In this document: positions 8,078-18,556 of the stretch, piece by piece | Numbering within the stretch: position 1 is the stretch's first letter | How the letters are laid out: each line of letters begins with the position of its first letter | From: a virus | Taxonomy: Duplodnaviria > Caudoviricetes | Direction: 5' to 3' (one strand) | Virus record (IMG/VR): IMGVR_UViG_3300028603_000034 | Span: 11,147-75,146 of that record | DNA: 64,000 nucleotides | Notes under the pieces: generated by a model | The model's input: the letters and a program-made list of their open reading frames with translations, nothing else | Database searches by the model: none | Told to the model about the DNA's origin: nothing | Program-made: the position numbers and the translations under genes

Positions 8078-8358
8078 TCGCTTCTTTTAATTTAGTAAAA
8101 ATTTCAGTACTAAACCAATCAGAATATTCATCTAAATTATCAGCATTAATAGTTTTAACTTCAATAATTTCACCACCATGGGTTGAAGTTTGATAAAAAC
8201 ATTTTCATTATAAAAAATTTTGTGTTTTGTTGTTCCATCTGTATGGCTTGACCAAGACCCAATAAATGTATTTCCAATGGCAGTTTTATACAAATCATTA
8301 ACATTAACATCTTCATTTAATGAGTATATGGTTTTTTTAAATATTTTTGAAATGACAT
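8066..8358 (-). pseudogene. Frameshifted gene with capsid-targeting-like N-terminus (MSFQKYLKKTIYSLNED...)
   Basis: A continuous frame of about 97 aa is restored by adding one A to the run near 8332-8338 and one T to the run near 8205-8209. Confidence 0.55.
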
Positions 8359-8360
8359 AA

Positions 8361-8984
8361 TTAGTCCTCCTTTGTTAAAAAATGGTTCCAAACTTCATTA
8401 TTTGGCATATAGTAATAATTATAATCTTTTTGTTCAATATAATAATATTTTGATTGTTTAATATAGTTTTCCAATTCTATAATTTCAGTAGTTTTATTTC
8501 CTAATAACTCTCTAAAGCTTAATTCATATTTATTATTAACTAATTTATTAATATGAATGATTTTTTCTTTATTAAGATTCGTAGTAATAACAAAAACCAA
8601 TCTTATAGGATTGGTTATTTTTTCAATTTCATTAAAACAAGCAATAAATTTATCATAATTTAAATGTAACACAAGTTTATTAAAATATTTATATTTGTCC
8701 CAATTTGTATTGTCTAAAATTTTTGATGTGTGAATATCTATTTTTCCATTGTAAATTTCAAATAATTTTTCAAACCACTTCCAATTTTTTTCTATTTCAA
8801 AAAAAGGATCGCCGCCGCCAGAAATACTAATTTTTTCATAATAAGAAACTAATTTTTTTAAATTCTTCCAATTGCAGTTTTCATAAGATGTAATTATATC
8901 TTTTAACGAATGGGGTTTCCATACACAATATTCACAACCCGTATCACAACCAAAATTTGTTATAACGGAAAACCCTTTAACCAT
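8361..8984 (-). CDS. Radical SAM protein (phage family)
   Basis: ITNFGCDTGCEYC motif and ISISGGGDPF. Confidence 0.8.
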   Translation of the reverse strand: MVKGFSVITNFGCDTGCEYCVWKPHSLKDIITSYENCNWKNLKKLVSYYEKISISGGGDPFFEIEKNWKWFEKLFEIYNGKIDIHTSKILDNTNWDKYKYFNKLVLHLNYDKFIACFNEIEKITNPIRLVFVITTNLNKEKIIHINKLVNNKYELSFRELLGNKTTEIIELENYIKQSKYYYIEQKDYNYYYMPNNEVWNHFLTKED

Positions 8985-9107
8985 TTATCTAACTCTTTCT
9001 TTGAAATATATATATACATAATTATTACGATATTCTTTTATTTCTTTTTTGGTTGTTTTTCCTCACTTAGTCCCCCAAGAAATATCCCACGAACGTTATT
9101 TATTAAT

Positions 9108-9203
9108 TAAGGCCTTACTACGTCATCTCCCAAAGAATATGAGCACAGAACCAATGACGTGATAAGAACCAAAATAAACTTCATACAAACAACCCCTTTC
9201 GAT
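9108..9203 (-). pseudogene. Truncated paralog of the 5888-6553 gene
   Basis: MKGVVCMKFILVLITSLVLCSYSLGDDVVRP*; N-terminus near-identical to 5888-6553, then stops. Confidence 0.6.
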
Positions 9204-9249
9204 TAATGAATAAATTAATTATCTCTCTTACCCAAATGAATAACTTTTA
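9153..9249. repeat. 97-bp direct repeat, copy 2
   Basis: See 6504-6600. Confidence 0.9.
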
Positions 9250-10543
9250 CCGTTGGAAACCTTAATGATTTTTTTCCATTCTTGTCTTCAGTCTCCTCAA
9301 AATATTGAACCGTAATTTCATTACCTATAATTTCATTTGGATTTTCATAAAATCTTTTTCTTTCATCTAGTGAGAATCCAGAACCAATAGACAATCTGTT
9401 ACCCTTATATTCTACAACAACATTAGTCATTGTTTCTATTTCACACTCTTTACCATCTTCTACTACACGATACGGACCAACCTCAATATTCTGCACAACA
9501 AATTCCATATCGTTAAATTTCTTAACCTTTAAAAGATTTTTAGTTCTCTTACCCTCATATGGTGCTTCCAAATTCCTTAACATCAATCCTTCCCATTTTT
9601 TATCACTTGCAATTTTTACCCAATTCTCAAAATCTTCTTTAGAAGAAATTACGTTTTGTGTAACAAGATCAAAATTCTTAGGATTCTTTTCTGCTAATAT
9701 TTTCAAAAATCCAAAACGAGTCATCCTTTTCATAATAGGAATACAAGAATGTTGCATATTAAATTCATCAATAAACAAACAATCAAATATTTTATATCTT
9801 GGATTAGGAATTGTAAAGTCTTTTCTCTTATATAACTTACTTATTTCTTTAAAATCTTCATTACCATTTTCATCTACAATACAAAGTTCTCCATCCAAAA
9901 CATAATTCACAATTCCTAATTTCTCTATTTTTTCTTTAAGAACTCCAAGTGTAGTAATCTCCCTACCTTTTCGGGTATAAAATGTTACCTCTCCACCAGA
10001 ACCTATAACAGTAATACACCTCAACCCGTCAATTTTCTGAGTAACTCCCCATTTACCATTGAAGAAATCCATACCTTTTTTATCTTTATAATCATCAAAG
10101 TTGTTTGCCAGAGCAACCTTAAATTCTGGAATTAATCCAGTATATACTTTATTAACAAGAGAAGAATTAATTCCACACTTCAAATCCTTATCAATTATAC
10201 GAAAAATAACATCTTCATATTCAGCATTCTTACTAATAAAACTATTTACTGCCCCAATAGCATCGTGACCTGTAACAATCCTACTTGACAACATATTAAG
10301 TAATTCAAAAAAATCATCTGTCAATGGATTGGTTAGATTTGAATTTTTCTTACAATTGTCAGATGTTACATTATACCTAACTATATCAGTCAACGCTGCC
10401 CGTAACAAATCTTTATTTGTGTCACATTTATGACAATAGAATAAAATTATATCTTTTTTTTCATTTGTCTTAGATGTATTTTCCAATGCATCTAACATCA
10501 TTTTAAATTCTTTAAACATGTGAACTCCTTTGATTATAATCAA
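9215..10543 (-). CDS. lig: ATP-dependent DNA ligase
   Basis: Motif I QKIDGLR, LDGELC, IFDCL, WEGLMLR, YEGKRTKNLLKVK, IGSGFS, SLRFP; probable start at Met 10519. Confidence 0.95.
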   Translation of the reverse strand: MIIIKGVHMFKEFKMMLDALENTSKTNEKKDIILFYCHKCDTNKDLLRAALTDIVRYNVTSDNCKKNSNLTNPLTDDFFELLNMLSSRIVTGHDAIGAVNSFISKNAEYEDVIFRIIDKDLKCGINSSLVNKVYTGLIPEFKVALANNFDDYKDKKGMDFFNGKWGVTQKIDGLRCITVIGSGGEVTFYTRKGREITTLGVLKEKIEKLGIVNYVLDGELCIVDENGNEDFKEISKLYKRKDFTIPNPRYKIFDCLFIDEFNMQHSCIPIMKRMTRFGFLKILAEKNPKNFDLVTQNVISSKEDFENWVKIASDKKWEGLMLRNLEAPYEGKRTKNLLKVKKFNDMEFVVQNIEVGPYRVVEDGKECEIETMTNVVVEYKGNRLSIGSGFSLDERKRFYENPNEIIGNEITVQYFEETEDKNGKKSLRFPTVKVIHLGKRDN

Positions 10544-11435
10544 GAAAGAGGGGTTTAAATCCCACCATTATATTCTTTTTAACCCAATTATATGCTTTTA
10601 CCTTTTTACCAGCATCTGGACCAAACAATCCATTATAATCATCTGATTTTTCAGTATGATCAAGATATTCATAATATCCATTAATGATATCAAGTGCGGA
10701 TTCACCACTATTACCGTTACCATTAGTAATGAGATATTCTACTTTATCTCTTTCATTCACAGATTTCTTACTAACACATTCGATTAAAAAATCTTCAATC
10801 TGTTGTGCTGTTATTCTAACATTTGAAAGTTTCCTTACATTCTCAACATATTTGGCATACACATCTTCAAATATTGTCATATTTTTTATAATTTCATTGA
10901 ATCTACCATTAGCAGCAAGTGTATGTCTAATGTTGAATGAATTTTCCTTATCAGGAACTAACCCAACCATACCATTAGTACATATAAGTCTAACAATGTT
11001 AAGGGTAGCAGACAATCCAATTTTACCATTATGACCATTTCTAATAACAATTTCCTTTGCTATATCTTCCTCTTTTTTATTAATTTTGAGAGAAGTATTA
11101 ACACCAGCAGTCATAATATATTCTTCACCATCATTCACAATATTAATAGATTTGGGTTTAAGTTTCAATTCAGAAAGTATTGTTTCAAACAAAGAAAATA
11201 CGATATCATTCTGAACAATACCGTATTTGGGGGTAGTTATACCATAGTGTTTTCCATTATTGGAATTATACACAGCACAAGCATTTGGGATATCCATACT
11301 AGTACTATTATTACTGATGAAGCTTTTCTCAACAACACAATTCAGAGGACTTGATACAAAGACGTCCTTTATAGATTTTTCATTAGAAATATCAATTTTT
11401 TCTACTTTTTTGAATCTACTGGTTGAATAAGACAT
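10512..11435 (-). CDS. DUF932-family protein
   Basis: YGIVQND, IVIRNGHNGK, VRLICTNGM, IRHT motifs. Confidence 0.8.
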   Translation of the reverse strand: MSYSTSRFKKVEKIDISNEKSIKDVFVSSPLNCVVEKSFISNNSTSMDIPNACAVYNSNNGKHYGITTPKYGIVQNDIVFSLFETILSELKLKPKSINIVNDGEEYIMTAGVNTSLKINKKEEDIAKEIVIRNGHNGKIGLSATLNIVRLICTNGMVGLVPDKENSFNIRHTLAANGRFNEIIKNMTIFEDVYAKYVENVRKLSNVRITAQQIEDFLIECVSKKSVNERDKVEYLITNGNGNSGESALDIINGYYEYLDHTEKSDDYNGLFGPDAGKKVKAYNWVKKNIMVGFKPLFLDYNQRSSHV

Positions 11436-11482
11436 TTTAAAACTCCTATGATTAGGGATTGTTGAATTATTTTGATATTACT

Positions 11483-11511
11483 AATATAATATATGGAAAT
11501 ATCGAAGTCAA
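11483..11511 (-). promoter_or_regulatory. Sigma70-type early promoter (copy 3)
   Basis: TTGACTtcgatatttccatatatTATATT. Confidence 0.75.
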
Positions 11512-11598
11512 GCATTATTTTTAATTTTTATTTTTCCTCATAAAGTATCTAAGAAAAAACAAGAATATCCATTTTCATAATCCTCTTCACCTAAACAA

Positions 11599-11700
11599 TC
11601 AACAAAAGTCCGATTTGCAGTAAGGACATACTACACCATAGCAACAATATACTATTTGAATTTGAATTTCTACATTGCAAATCGGACATTCTAATTCCAT
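11599..11700 (-). CDS. Tiny zinc-ribbon peptide (CPIC...CPYC), possibly frameshift-truncated
   Basis: MELECPICNVEIQIQIVYCCYGVVCPYCKSDFC*; GGGGA RBS. Confidence 0.45.
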   Translation of the reverse strand: MELECPICNVEIQIQIVYCCYGVVCPYCKSDFC

Positions 11701-11712
11701 TATATTCCCCAA

Positions 11713-12711
11713 TCAAAAAATTTTATCAATAACAGATATTAAATATGTTGATGTAAATTCTTCTTGTGATATATTAGATTTTCTAATATTATTGATCAAT
11801 TGAGAAAAATATACCGTATCAACCCCAATCAATTGATCTTCTAAAACATCAATATCCATCAAATTTAGTTCCGATACCTGTAAACAGATTTTCAATATCT
11901 GACCAGCATTTATTCTCCAACCCCGTGATATGAATTTTCTAAGTCTAAACAAAGAACAAACAGGATATTTACTTCCTGTATAAATTAAAGTCTTATTAAT
12001 AACACATTCATATACATCCTTTGGAATTTACAATTGATTTTTACCAACATCATAATATGCTTTAGTATGTACAAAATCATAAGTATCGTGAATCTCTGAT
12101 GGACTTCCATAAAATCTAACAATAATTTGTATATCATCACTTAATGTAATAGCATTTGATGATATAAACACAGGTGAATATTTCTGTTCTCCATCATTAG
12201 TAATAATCGTTTCAACATCAGACGATGATATTTTATCTAGTGAAGATATTATTTCATTAAAATCCAATTTAGTTGTTTCTTCGGCAGAAATGATACCATC
12301 AGAGGGAATAACCAATTTGACTCTATTAGGACTTGTCTTTCTTACAATTCCTGCCTGATGGTCATATAATTGTTCTTTTGTTGTTACACCATAATATTCT
12401 AACAACTCTTTCGATGGATTATCACCATCAAATACAAAAACTTTACTAGGAACACCTCTTCCATTCATTTGATCTTTATGTAAATTATTCCAAACATTAG
12501 CATAATATTGTGCTACTTTTATAACAGTTTCTTTTGTTCTAAAATAGCAATCATAATCATTTACTTTTTCGTTTAGTATCATTGAAGTAAAACAACCACC
12601 TGTAACAATCAAATCTTTTTTGATTGCTTGTACTACTTCATTATCGGTTATAGTATTCAACCAGTCTTTAACTTTCCTATCAATTGATTCTTTCATATTT
12701 TTTTCTAACAT
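11713..12711 (-). pseudogene. Phage nucleotidyltransferase-like gene with a single in-frame TAA at 12028-12030
   Basis: TGGCFTS...VNDYDCYF Pol-beta-type motif. After NQL-TAA the same frame continues IPKDVYECVINKTLIYTGSKYPVCSLFRLRKFISRGW, joining track ORFs 12028-12711 and 11713-11952. Confidence 0.8.
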
Positions 12712-12759
12712 TCTATTCTCCTAATTTATGTGTTAATGGTTCTACCTTCTATTATATAA

Positions 12760-13125
12760 TCATCGATTCTCGTTATGGTAATATCTTTTCTTCTTTGCTC
12801 TTTTCTTTGCTAATCTCTGATGTAATGGTAAAAGATGAGAGGGACAACAAATTTCACATATATGATTATTATACCAATTATCTTCAATTCGTGAATCGTG
12901 AATATATGCGTGTCGATCAGTAATAGGTAGTATAATAATAGGAAATGTTATTTTTTTATTTTTCAATAGATAATTAAGATTCTCTACATTAAAATTAACA
13001 ATTCTATATTCCTTGTCCTTTGCATGGAGAGAAAAACAATTTCCACGTTTAGAAGGATATGATTCAATAGTATAACCAACTAAGGTCTGTCTACCAATAC
13101 TAGTAGCTCTCTTTAATGTATACAT
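12760..13125 (-). CDS. Hypothetical protein
   Basis: 121-aa ORF with AGGAG RBS. Confidence 0.6.
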   Translation of the reverse strand: MYTLKRATSIGRQTLVGYTIESYPSKRGNCFSLHAKDKEYRIVNFNVENLNYLLKNKKITFPIIILPITDRHAYIHDSRIEDNWYNNHICEICCPSHLLPLHQRLAKKRAKKKRYYHNENR

Positions 13126-13244
13126 ATAATCTCCTTTAATTATTTACTATTAATAATACTTTGTATGTTTCTATAAGTTTCAATATTTCTATTACTCAAT
13201 TCTTTAAGATCACCAGGTTCTTCAATTCGATTTAACCATTCTGA

Positions 13245-13847
13245 TTATTCGAAACAATGTTTTAAAACTAATTTTTTATATAATCTTGGAGTTTTTGAAT
13301 AGTCATTTAACCAATAATTTGGCATAATATCTATTATTTCATCAACGGTATATGGAGCTTTATCATACCATTGTCTTTTTTCTTTAAGGATATTATAGAA
13401 AAGAACATATGAATTTGCACATTTTATGTAGTGTTCAGTGTCAATATTTAATTTAAATTTTTTAATCATTTCAACGGATCGTTTCTCACAATCCAATTCT
13501 AAAGTTATTAGGGATGCAATACCCTTATTAACTTTTCGTGTGTTTACTGTATTGTCAGATAACCAATGATCAAAAAATACATCATCACAATTTAACCATT
13601 CTTTAGATTGTTCTTTCCATTGTAAAAAATGATTGTATTCGTGTATAAAAATAGGAAACCATTCTTTTTGTGGTTTTCCTACAGCAACAGCAAATTCTTT
13701 AGGATTATCACAAAAAAATCCACTTGAATAATCATTACTATTTTCAGAAAACAATACAGTTTTTGTATTGGATAATTTGATGCTTACATTAGATGATATT
13801 AATTCAATCAAACAATCAGAAATAAAGTCTTTTGTTTTTTTATCCAT
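13245..13847 (-). CDS. Hypothetical protein with HExxH motif (possible metallopeptidase)
   Basis: IFIHEYNHFLQW and downstream ELDCEKR. Confidence 0.6.
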   Translation of the reverse strand: MDKKTKDFISDCLIELISSNVSIKLSNTKTVLFSENSNDYSSGFFCDNPKEFAVAVGKPQKEWFPIFIHEYNHFLQWKEQSKEWLNCDDVFFDHWLSDNTVNTRKVNKGIASLITLELDCEKRSVEMIKKFKLNIDTEHYIKCANSYVLFYNILKEKRQWYDKAPYTVDEIIDIMPNYWLNDYSKTPRLYKKLVLKHCFE

Positions 13848-13878
13848 ATAATCCCCTCATAATTCCAAATATATCACT

Positions 13879-13907
13879 AATATAATTAATGGAAATAGTA
13901 GAGTCAA
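13879..13907 (-). promoter_or_regulatory. Sigma70-type early promoter (copy 4)
   Basis: TTGACTctactatttccattaatTATATT. Confidence 0.75.
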
Positions 13908-14018
13908 ACATTATTTTATTTTTTTTAAAATTCTATAAATGAAGTAAGTTCGTTCTTTTTAAGAGATCATTTATAATATAGTAAATTCTAATAACAAAAT
14001 CAATATTTTTAAGAATTA

Positions 14019-14026
14019 TATAAATA
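14019..14026 (+). promoter_or_regulatory. T4-type late promoter for the homing endonuclease
   Basis: TATAAATA in an intergenic gap just upstream of a structured leader. Confidence 0.55.
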
Positions 14027-14054
14027 ATAATATTGTTGAGGACAACACCGGCCA

Positions 14055-14651
14055 GTGCTTCTATGCTATTCCATAGATTACTCAACAATATTCAATCTTA
14101 ACTCGAATAGGAGTCATATAATGAAATCCCACAAAACAGAACAATTTATAAAAAAAGCAAATAAAATACATAATAACAAATATGATTATTCTTTAGTAGA
14201 TTATATTGATTGTAAAACCAAAGTAAAAATTATTTGTCCTATTCACGGAGTATTTGAACAAAATCCATACACCCATTATAAACGTAAATGTGGTTGTCCT
14301 AACTGTCGATCGTCCAAAGGTGAATTAAAAGTTCAAAAATACTTAAAGAAAAATAAAATTTCTTTTATTCGTGAAAAAACCTTTGATGATTGTAGACATC
14401 TTCTTCCATTACCTTTTGATTTTTATTTACCAGATCATAATATCTGTATTGAATATGATGGTGAACAACATTTTAAAGAAATAAAAAGTTGGGGAGGTAA
14501 TGAGTATCTTGAAAAAATTAAAAAGAGAGATAAAATAAAAACTAAATTTTGTAAAGATAATAATATCCCATTAATCCGAATTTCATACAAAGAACAAAAT
14601 GATATCATAAAAATTTTAAATGAAAAATTAAAAGTCAATAAAAGAATCTAA
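14055..14651 (+). CDS. Free-standing homing endonuclease-like protein (DUF723-type Zn domain plus Vsr/PD-(D/E)xK-like nuclease)
   Basis: HNNKYDYSLVDY..KTKVKIICPIHGVFEQ..CGCPNC; SKGE..; PFDFYLP..ICIEYDGEQHF. Real start is probably ATG 14121 behind AGGAG. Confidence 0.8.
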   Translation: MLLCYSIDYSTIFNLNSNRSHIMKSHKTEQFIKKANKIHNNKYDYSLVDYIDCKTKVKIICPIHGVFEQNPYTHYKRKCGCPNCRSSKGELKVQKYLKKNKISFIREKTFDDCRHLLPLPFDFYLPDHNICIEYDGEQHFKEIKSWGGNEYLEKIKKRDKIKTKFCKDNNIPLIRISYKEQNDIIKILNEKLKVNKRI

Positions 14652-15764
14652 TTCATTTTTCTTAACCAGACTATCAATATCTAATGGTATTTTGTCTGTT
14701 TTCTGCCATATCCATACTGGTTCACAAAATGTTCCATCCCCGTCAGACTTAGATAATGGTCTCTTTGCCATTTTATATCCTAAACAACCAACATATTTAG
14801 CATTAGATAACCCAGAAATATAATCATTCATCGGGTCACAAATAATTTTCACACCAGCATTGTATACATCAGAAATATTAATTGCTACAATTCCACCATT
14901 TTTAACATTATCCCAAAAATTACCTATTGATCTATGTAAAAAATTTTTATTCCAATCTTCCAATTTTTTATATCTAACCCAAGATTGTGTATCATCATAC
15001 GAATATTTTTCTGTAGAAAAATATGGAGGGGAAGTCATAACAAAATCATATTGTCTGTTACCGTGATCAAAATCTTCAGCACAAGAAACATTGATATCTA
15101 ATCTTTTATTATAAACATTAAAATTATCTATTATCTTTTGATACCCTTTATGAGTTTCTGTATTTGGATCGATTCCTGTATATGATTTTAAATTTGGAGT
15201 CGCAAGAGCACCTACAAGTCTATCACCCCATCCCATACTAAAATCCAATACATCTTCAACTTCAAAAAGTTCATATAGACATTTTGCAATAGCAGGTTTA
15301 AATTGAGAAGCAACCATTTTTCTCATTGTAATACAAGTCTTTAATGTTTTATCCGATACTTCTGTTAATTTTAAAGAAAATAAAGCACCCAACGCAGATC
15401 GAATAAATTTATCCGAATTCCAAGTTTTCATAGGACCTGGACCTACCCGACCATCACATAACATTCTAGCATCGTGTGTAAAATGACCCGAGGCTTTTAA
15501 TCCATCATTTACAGTTTCGATATATAAATCTACTTTGGGATATCGATATTCATATCGAGAAAACCATTCACCATTAATGACATTATCAATATAAGTACGA
15601 GATTTTAGAATATTAAAATCTACATTTGCATCATCCATTGTTGGAGAAAATATTGGAAGAGGAGCATTAAGACTTCTAAGTTTTTGAGTAATAATAGTCT
15701 TAATCTCTTCTTTGGAATATTTTCTTTTCAATTCAAAAAATTCTTCTTCATTAAAATAAACCAT
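14628..15764 (-). CDS. DNA amino-methyltransferase (N6-A/N4-C type)
   Basis: VLDFSMGWGDRLVGA (SAM-binding), GIDPN, DFVMTSPPYF catalytic motif, SQFKP. Confidence 0.85.
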   Translation of the reverse strand: MVYFNEEEFFELKRKYSKEEIKTIITQKLRSLNAPLPIFSPTMDDANVDFNILKSRTYIDNVINGEWFSRYEYRYPKVDLYIETVNDGLKASGHFTHDARMLCDGRVGPGPMKTWNSDKFIRSALGALFSLKLTEVSDKTLKTCITMRKMVASQFKPAIAKCLYELFEVEDVLDFSMGWGDRLVGALATPNLKSYTGIDPNTETHKGYQKIIDNFNVYNKRLDINVSCAEDFDHGNRQYDFVMTSPPYFSTEKYSYDDTQSWVRYKKLEDWNKNFLHRSIGNFWDNVKNGGIVAINISDVYNAGVKIICDPMNDYISGLSNAKYVGCLGYKMAKRPLSKSDGDGTFCEPVWIWQKTDKIPLDIDSLVKKNELDSFIDF

Positions 15765-17530
15765 TATATAAACATCTCCAAATTTTCACAATGTTCAAAA
15801 ATATCTTTAATTTTTTTAGGTTTTATTTTTAAATATGATATTACAACAACTAAACAAACAACAAGTAGTGAAACAATTTTAATTGCTTTCATTTTCAATC
15901 TCCTGAATTTCTGAATTGAATTTTTCGTTAAATTTTCTTTCTGCAATAGTAATTTTTTCTTTTTGTTTTAGATATTTATTCCTTCTTGGATTTCTGCACA
16001 TATAACAAGAACATCTTTTTGGATTATTAACCAAATCAGATTCATTCCGTGGATGGTTTTTTCTTTTCTTTAAAATCCTATCCTTCTGAGCAAGTCTATA
16101 AGCACGTCCTCTAACCATAATTATGTCCTTTTCTTAAAGATCGCCTTACCTTCATTAATATGAAGATACGTCGTTAATATCATAATAGGGCCTAAAATAG
16201 CAGCAACAAGCAATAAAAACAATTCATCTATCATCAAATCGTATTTTTTGTCCAAAAATAAACAAAACCAACATACCAAATAATGCCCATAAAATACCAA
16301 CTAACCAAGTCACAACAATCCACCCCCTCTTAAACATTCTCTAATTATCATTTTATCCCGTTTATCTTGTTCTTTAAAAGACTCATATTCTTTTATCTTA
16401 TTAAATAAATAATCATTCAATTCCAATTGTTTTTTATTATACATTATTTGGAATACACAAAATATAATTAATAGCATATTTACAAACAACAAAACAATCA
16501 ATAATATCAACATACAACCTCATATTAATCAAATTTTTTAGGAGTTAAAGTAAAAAAAGTATTATTCTTTACTGTTATAGTGTTTCCTATTTTAGTTTGT
16601 TTTTCTAATTCTTCTTGTTCTTTTTTCTTTTTATCTGATATATATTCATAAAAATCTATTTTTGAATTTGTATTACCCATAACTTCATTACAACTTAAAC
16701 AAGTAACACATCCACTTTTACTATCAATAGACACATTAAAAGATTTACATTTAGAACATATTAAAACATCCATTATTCGGCCTCCCATAGTTCAAACACA
16801 GAAAAGAACGATTGATCTTCATCTTGATATTCGATGTCAATTCTGTATATTATCTTTTTTTTGATATTTCCAACCATTTCAAGAACAGATACTTTCGTCG
16901 AAACAACTGGTTTTTCTTCATTATATTGCATCTTAGGTAATCGTAATACTTTTGAAAATACTTCATCCCAATGTTTATGATTCATAGGATCAATTATTCT
17001 TCTTATCATAATATAAAATACTCAATTTTAAAAGTCAAACAAATTATTCAAATGGTGTTAATTTTCCTTTTTTTATCTTCTTATCCTTATTTTTAACTGC
17101 TTCCATTTTACCCATCCTTAACCATTTCAATCCTTCTTCTATTGAAGTACAATAGAATGGACATTCCTTACTATTAGGTTTTAATTTTGGTATCATTGGA
17201 GGAACATAATCAGAACACACACCACTTCTACCTTTTTTCTCATAACATAAACAATCTTTTATATTACATTTAATATCATCCATCAAAATTATCCCCTAAC
17301 ATATTATCAATATTATCAGACTCATTATCTTCTTCTACTAATTGTTCTTCAATAGAAGTCAAAAAATCAATCAATTCAATTTTTGCTTTCTCTGTTGTTC
17401 CAATTAATAAATATAATAATTGAATCAAATCTGGATCATCAGCAATAGATTCATAATCTATCTTCAACATCATTTGATTTTGATTATTTACTGCAATACT
17501 TACTATCGATTTCATTCCATAATCATTCAT
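15764..17530 (-). CDS. Run of small hypothetical early genes (15764-15946, 15879-16118, ~16118-16306, 16310-16513, 16525-16788, 16773-17009, 17044-17286, 17276-17530)
   Basis: Tightly packed or overlapping minus-strand ORFs with RBSs; some are Cys-rich (CSKC/CLSC) or have one transmembrane helix. Confidence 0.6.
17010..17038 (-). promoter_or_regulatory. Sigma70-type early promoter (copy 5, lacks spacer motif)
   Basis: TTGACT-17 nt-TATATT. Confidence 0.6.
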
Positions 17531-17560
17531 ATTTTCTCTCCTAATTAAATCTCATAGTAT

Positions 17561-18050
17561 TCACAGATCATTATATCTCTTAATGTATTTAGATAAATGT
17601 TCGGAAACCAGATTAAAAATTTTAACACTTTCCCTCTTATTTTTACCTGCATTCCCTGCAATGTTTAAGATTTTAATGTCATTATTTTTAAACCAATCAA
17701 GAACATCAAATATGAATATTTCTCGTATATCATTAAGGTCAATATCAATATATGGTTTTTTATATTGTTTGATTGCATTTAAAGTACAAATTTCTCCTGG
17801 TGATTCAAAATTAAAACAGAATCTCATTGTCCCATCTGAATTTTTAACATTGTCATACGTTCTTGTGGAATATCCATTTCTTTTACATTCTACTAAGCCA
17901 AGCTTTGCTAATTGAGGTCTTTTACCATATATGGTCATATAATCCTTTGGAGCCATTCCACCTGTCTCAATATTAAGACTTCTACCAACATTTAGTCCTG
18001 CTAGATCAGCACCGTCAATACTGACCACCAGAAATTATTCTGAGGATCAT
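17561..18050 (-). pseudogene. SLOG-superfamily (putative molybdenum-carrier-like) protein, frameshifted in its N-terminal motif
   Basis: ATG 18050 gives MILRIISGGQY*. The rest (GADLAGL, GGMAP, RTYDNVKNSDGT, LNIAGN) is in another frame, splitting the expected ISGGQTGAD motif. Confidence 0.6.
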
Positions 18051-18104
18051 TTTATAACCACCCCCTTCCTGTAATAGAATTTCTATATTGTCAAAATCCC
18101 AATA

Positions 18105-18485
18105 CTATTTTTTACCATTTCTTTTCTGTGTAAAAAATTCTCTTTTCCATTCATTCCTATGATCTTCACAATATTTCGGATATATATACTGATTCGGTAT
18201 AATTCGTATTTTATATGAATTATTACATCCCTCAAGAGAACATTCTTTAATTACATCTTGAGATTCTAAAAATTTATGTTTAATTTTTTGGTTTGCATCA
18301 CCAAGTGATTTTCTTTTCTTTGGTTGATAGAGGATTTTCTTATATTCTTGTTTTCTATGTTCATCACAATACTTTGTTTTTCCTCTACCCATAAATGAAG
18401 TTGTACAACCGGGGAACTGACATTTTTTCTTTTTTAATTGTTGATTGGCACTTCTATTAGTGTCTTTAGATAACGATACTGGCAT
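18105..18485 (-). CDS. Hypothetical protein with two Cys/His zinc-finger-like repeats
   Basis: CQFPGC...KYCDEHR and CSLEGC...KYCEDHR. Confidence 0.65.
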   Translation of the reverse strand: MPVSLSKDTNRSANQQLKKKKCQFPGCTTSFMGRGKTKYCDEHRKQEYKKILYQPKKRKSLGDANQKIKHKFLESQDVIKECSLEGCNNSYKIRIIPNQYIYPKYCEDHRNEWKREFFTQKRNGKK

Positions 18486-18556
18486 TTAACTCTCCTTATT
18501 GAAAATATAATAAACATAATTTAATAAATTCCACAACCCAATACAATAAGTTTTTA

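Noticed and set aside
14055-15764. Nuclease plus methyltransferase as a restriction-modification pair
   Set aside because: Convergent genes; the nuclease has homing-endonuclease architecture with its own late promoter and leader, so adjacency is more simply an insertion.
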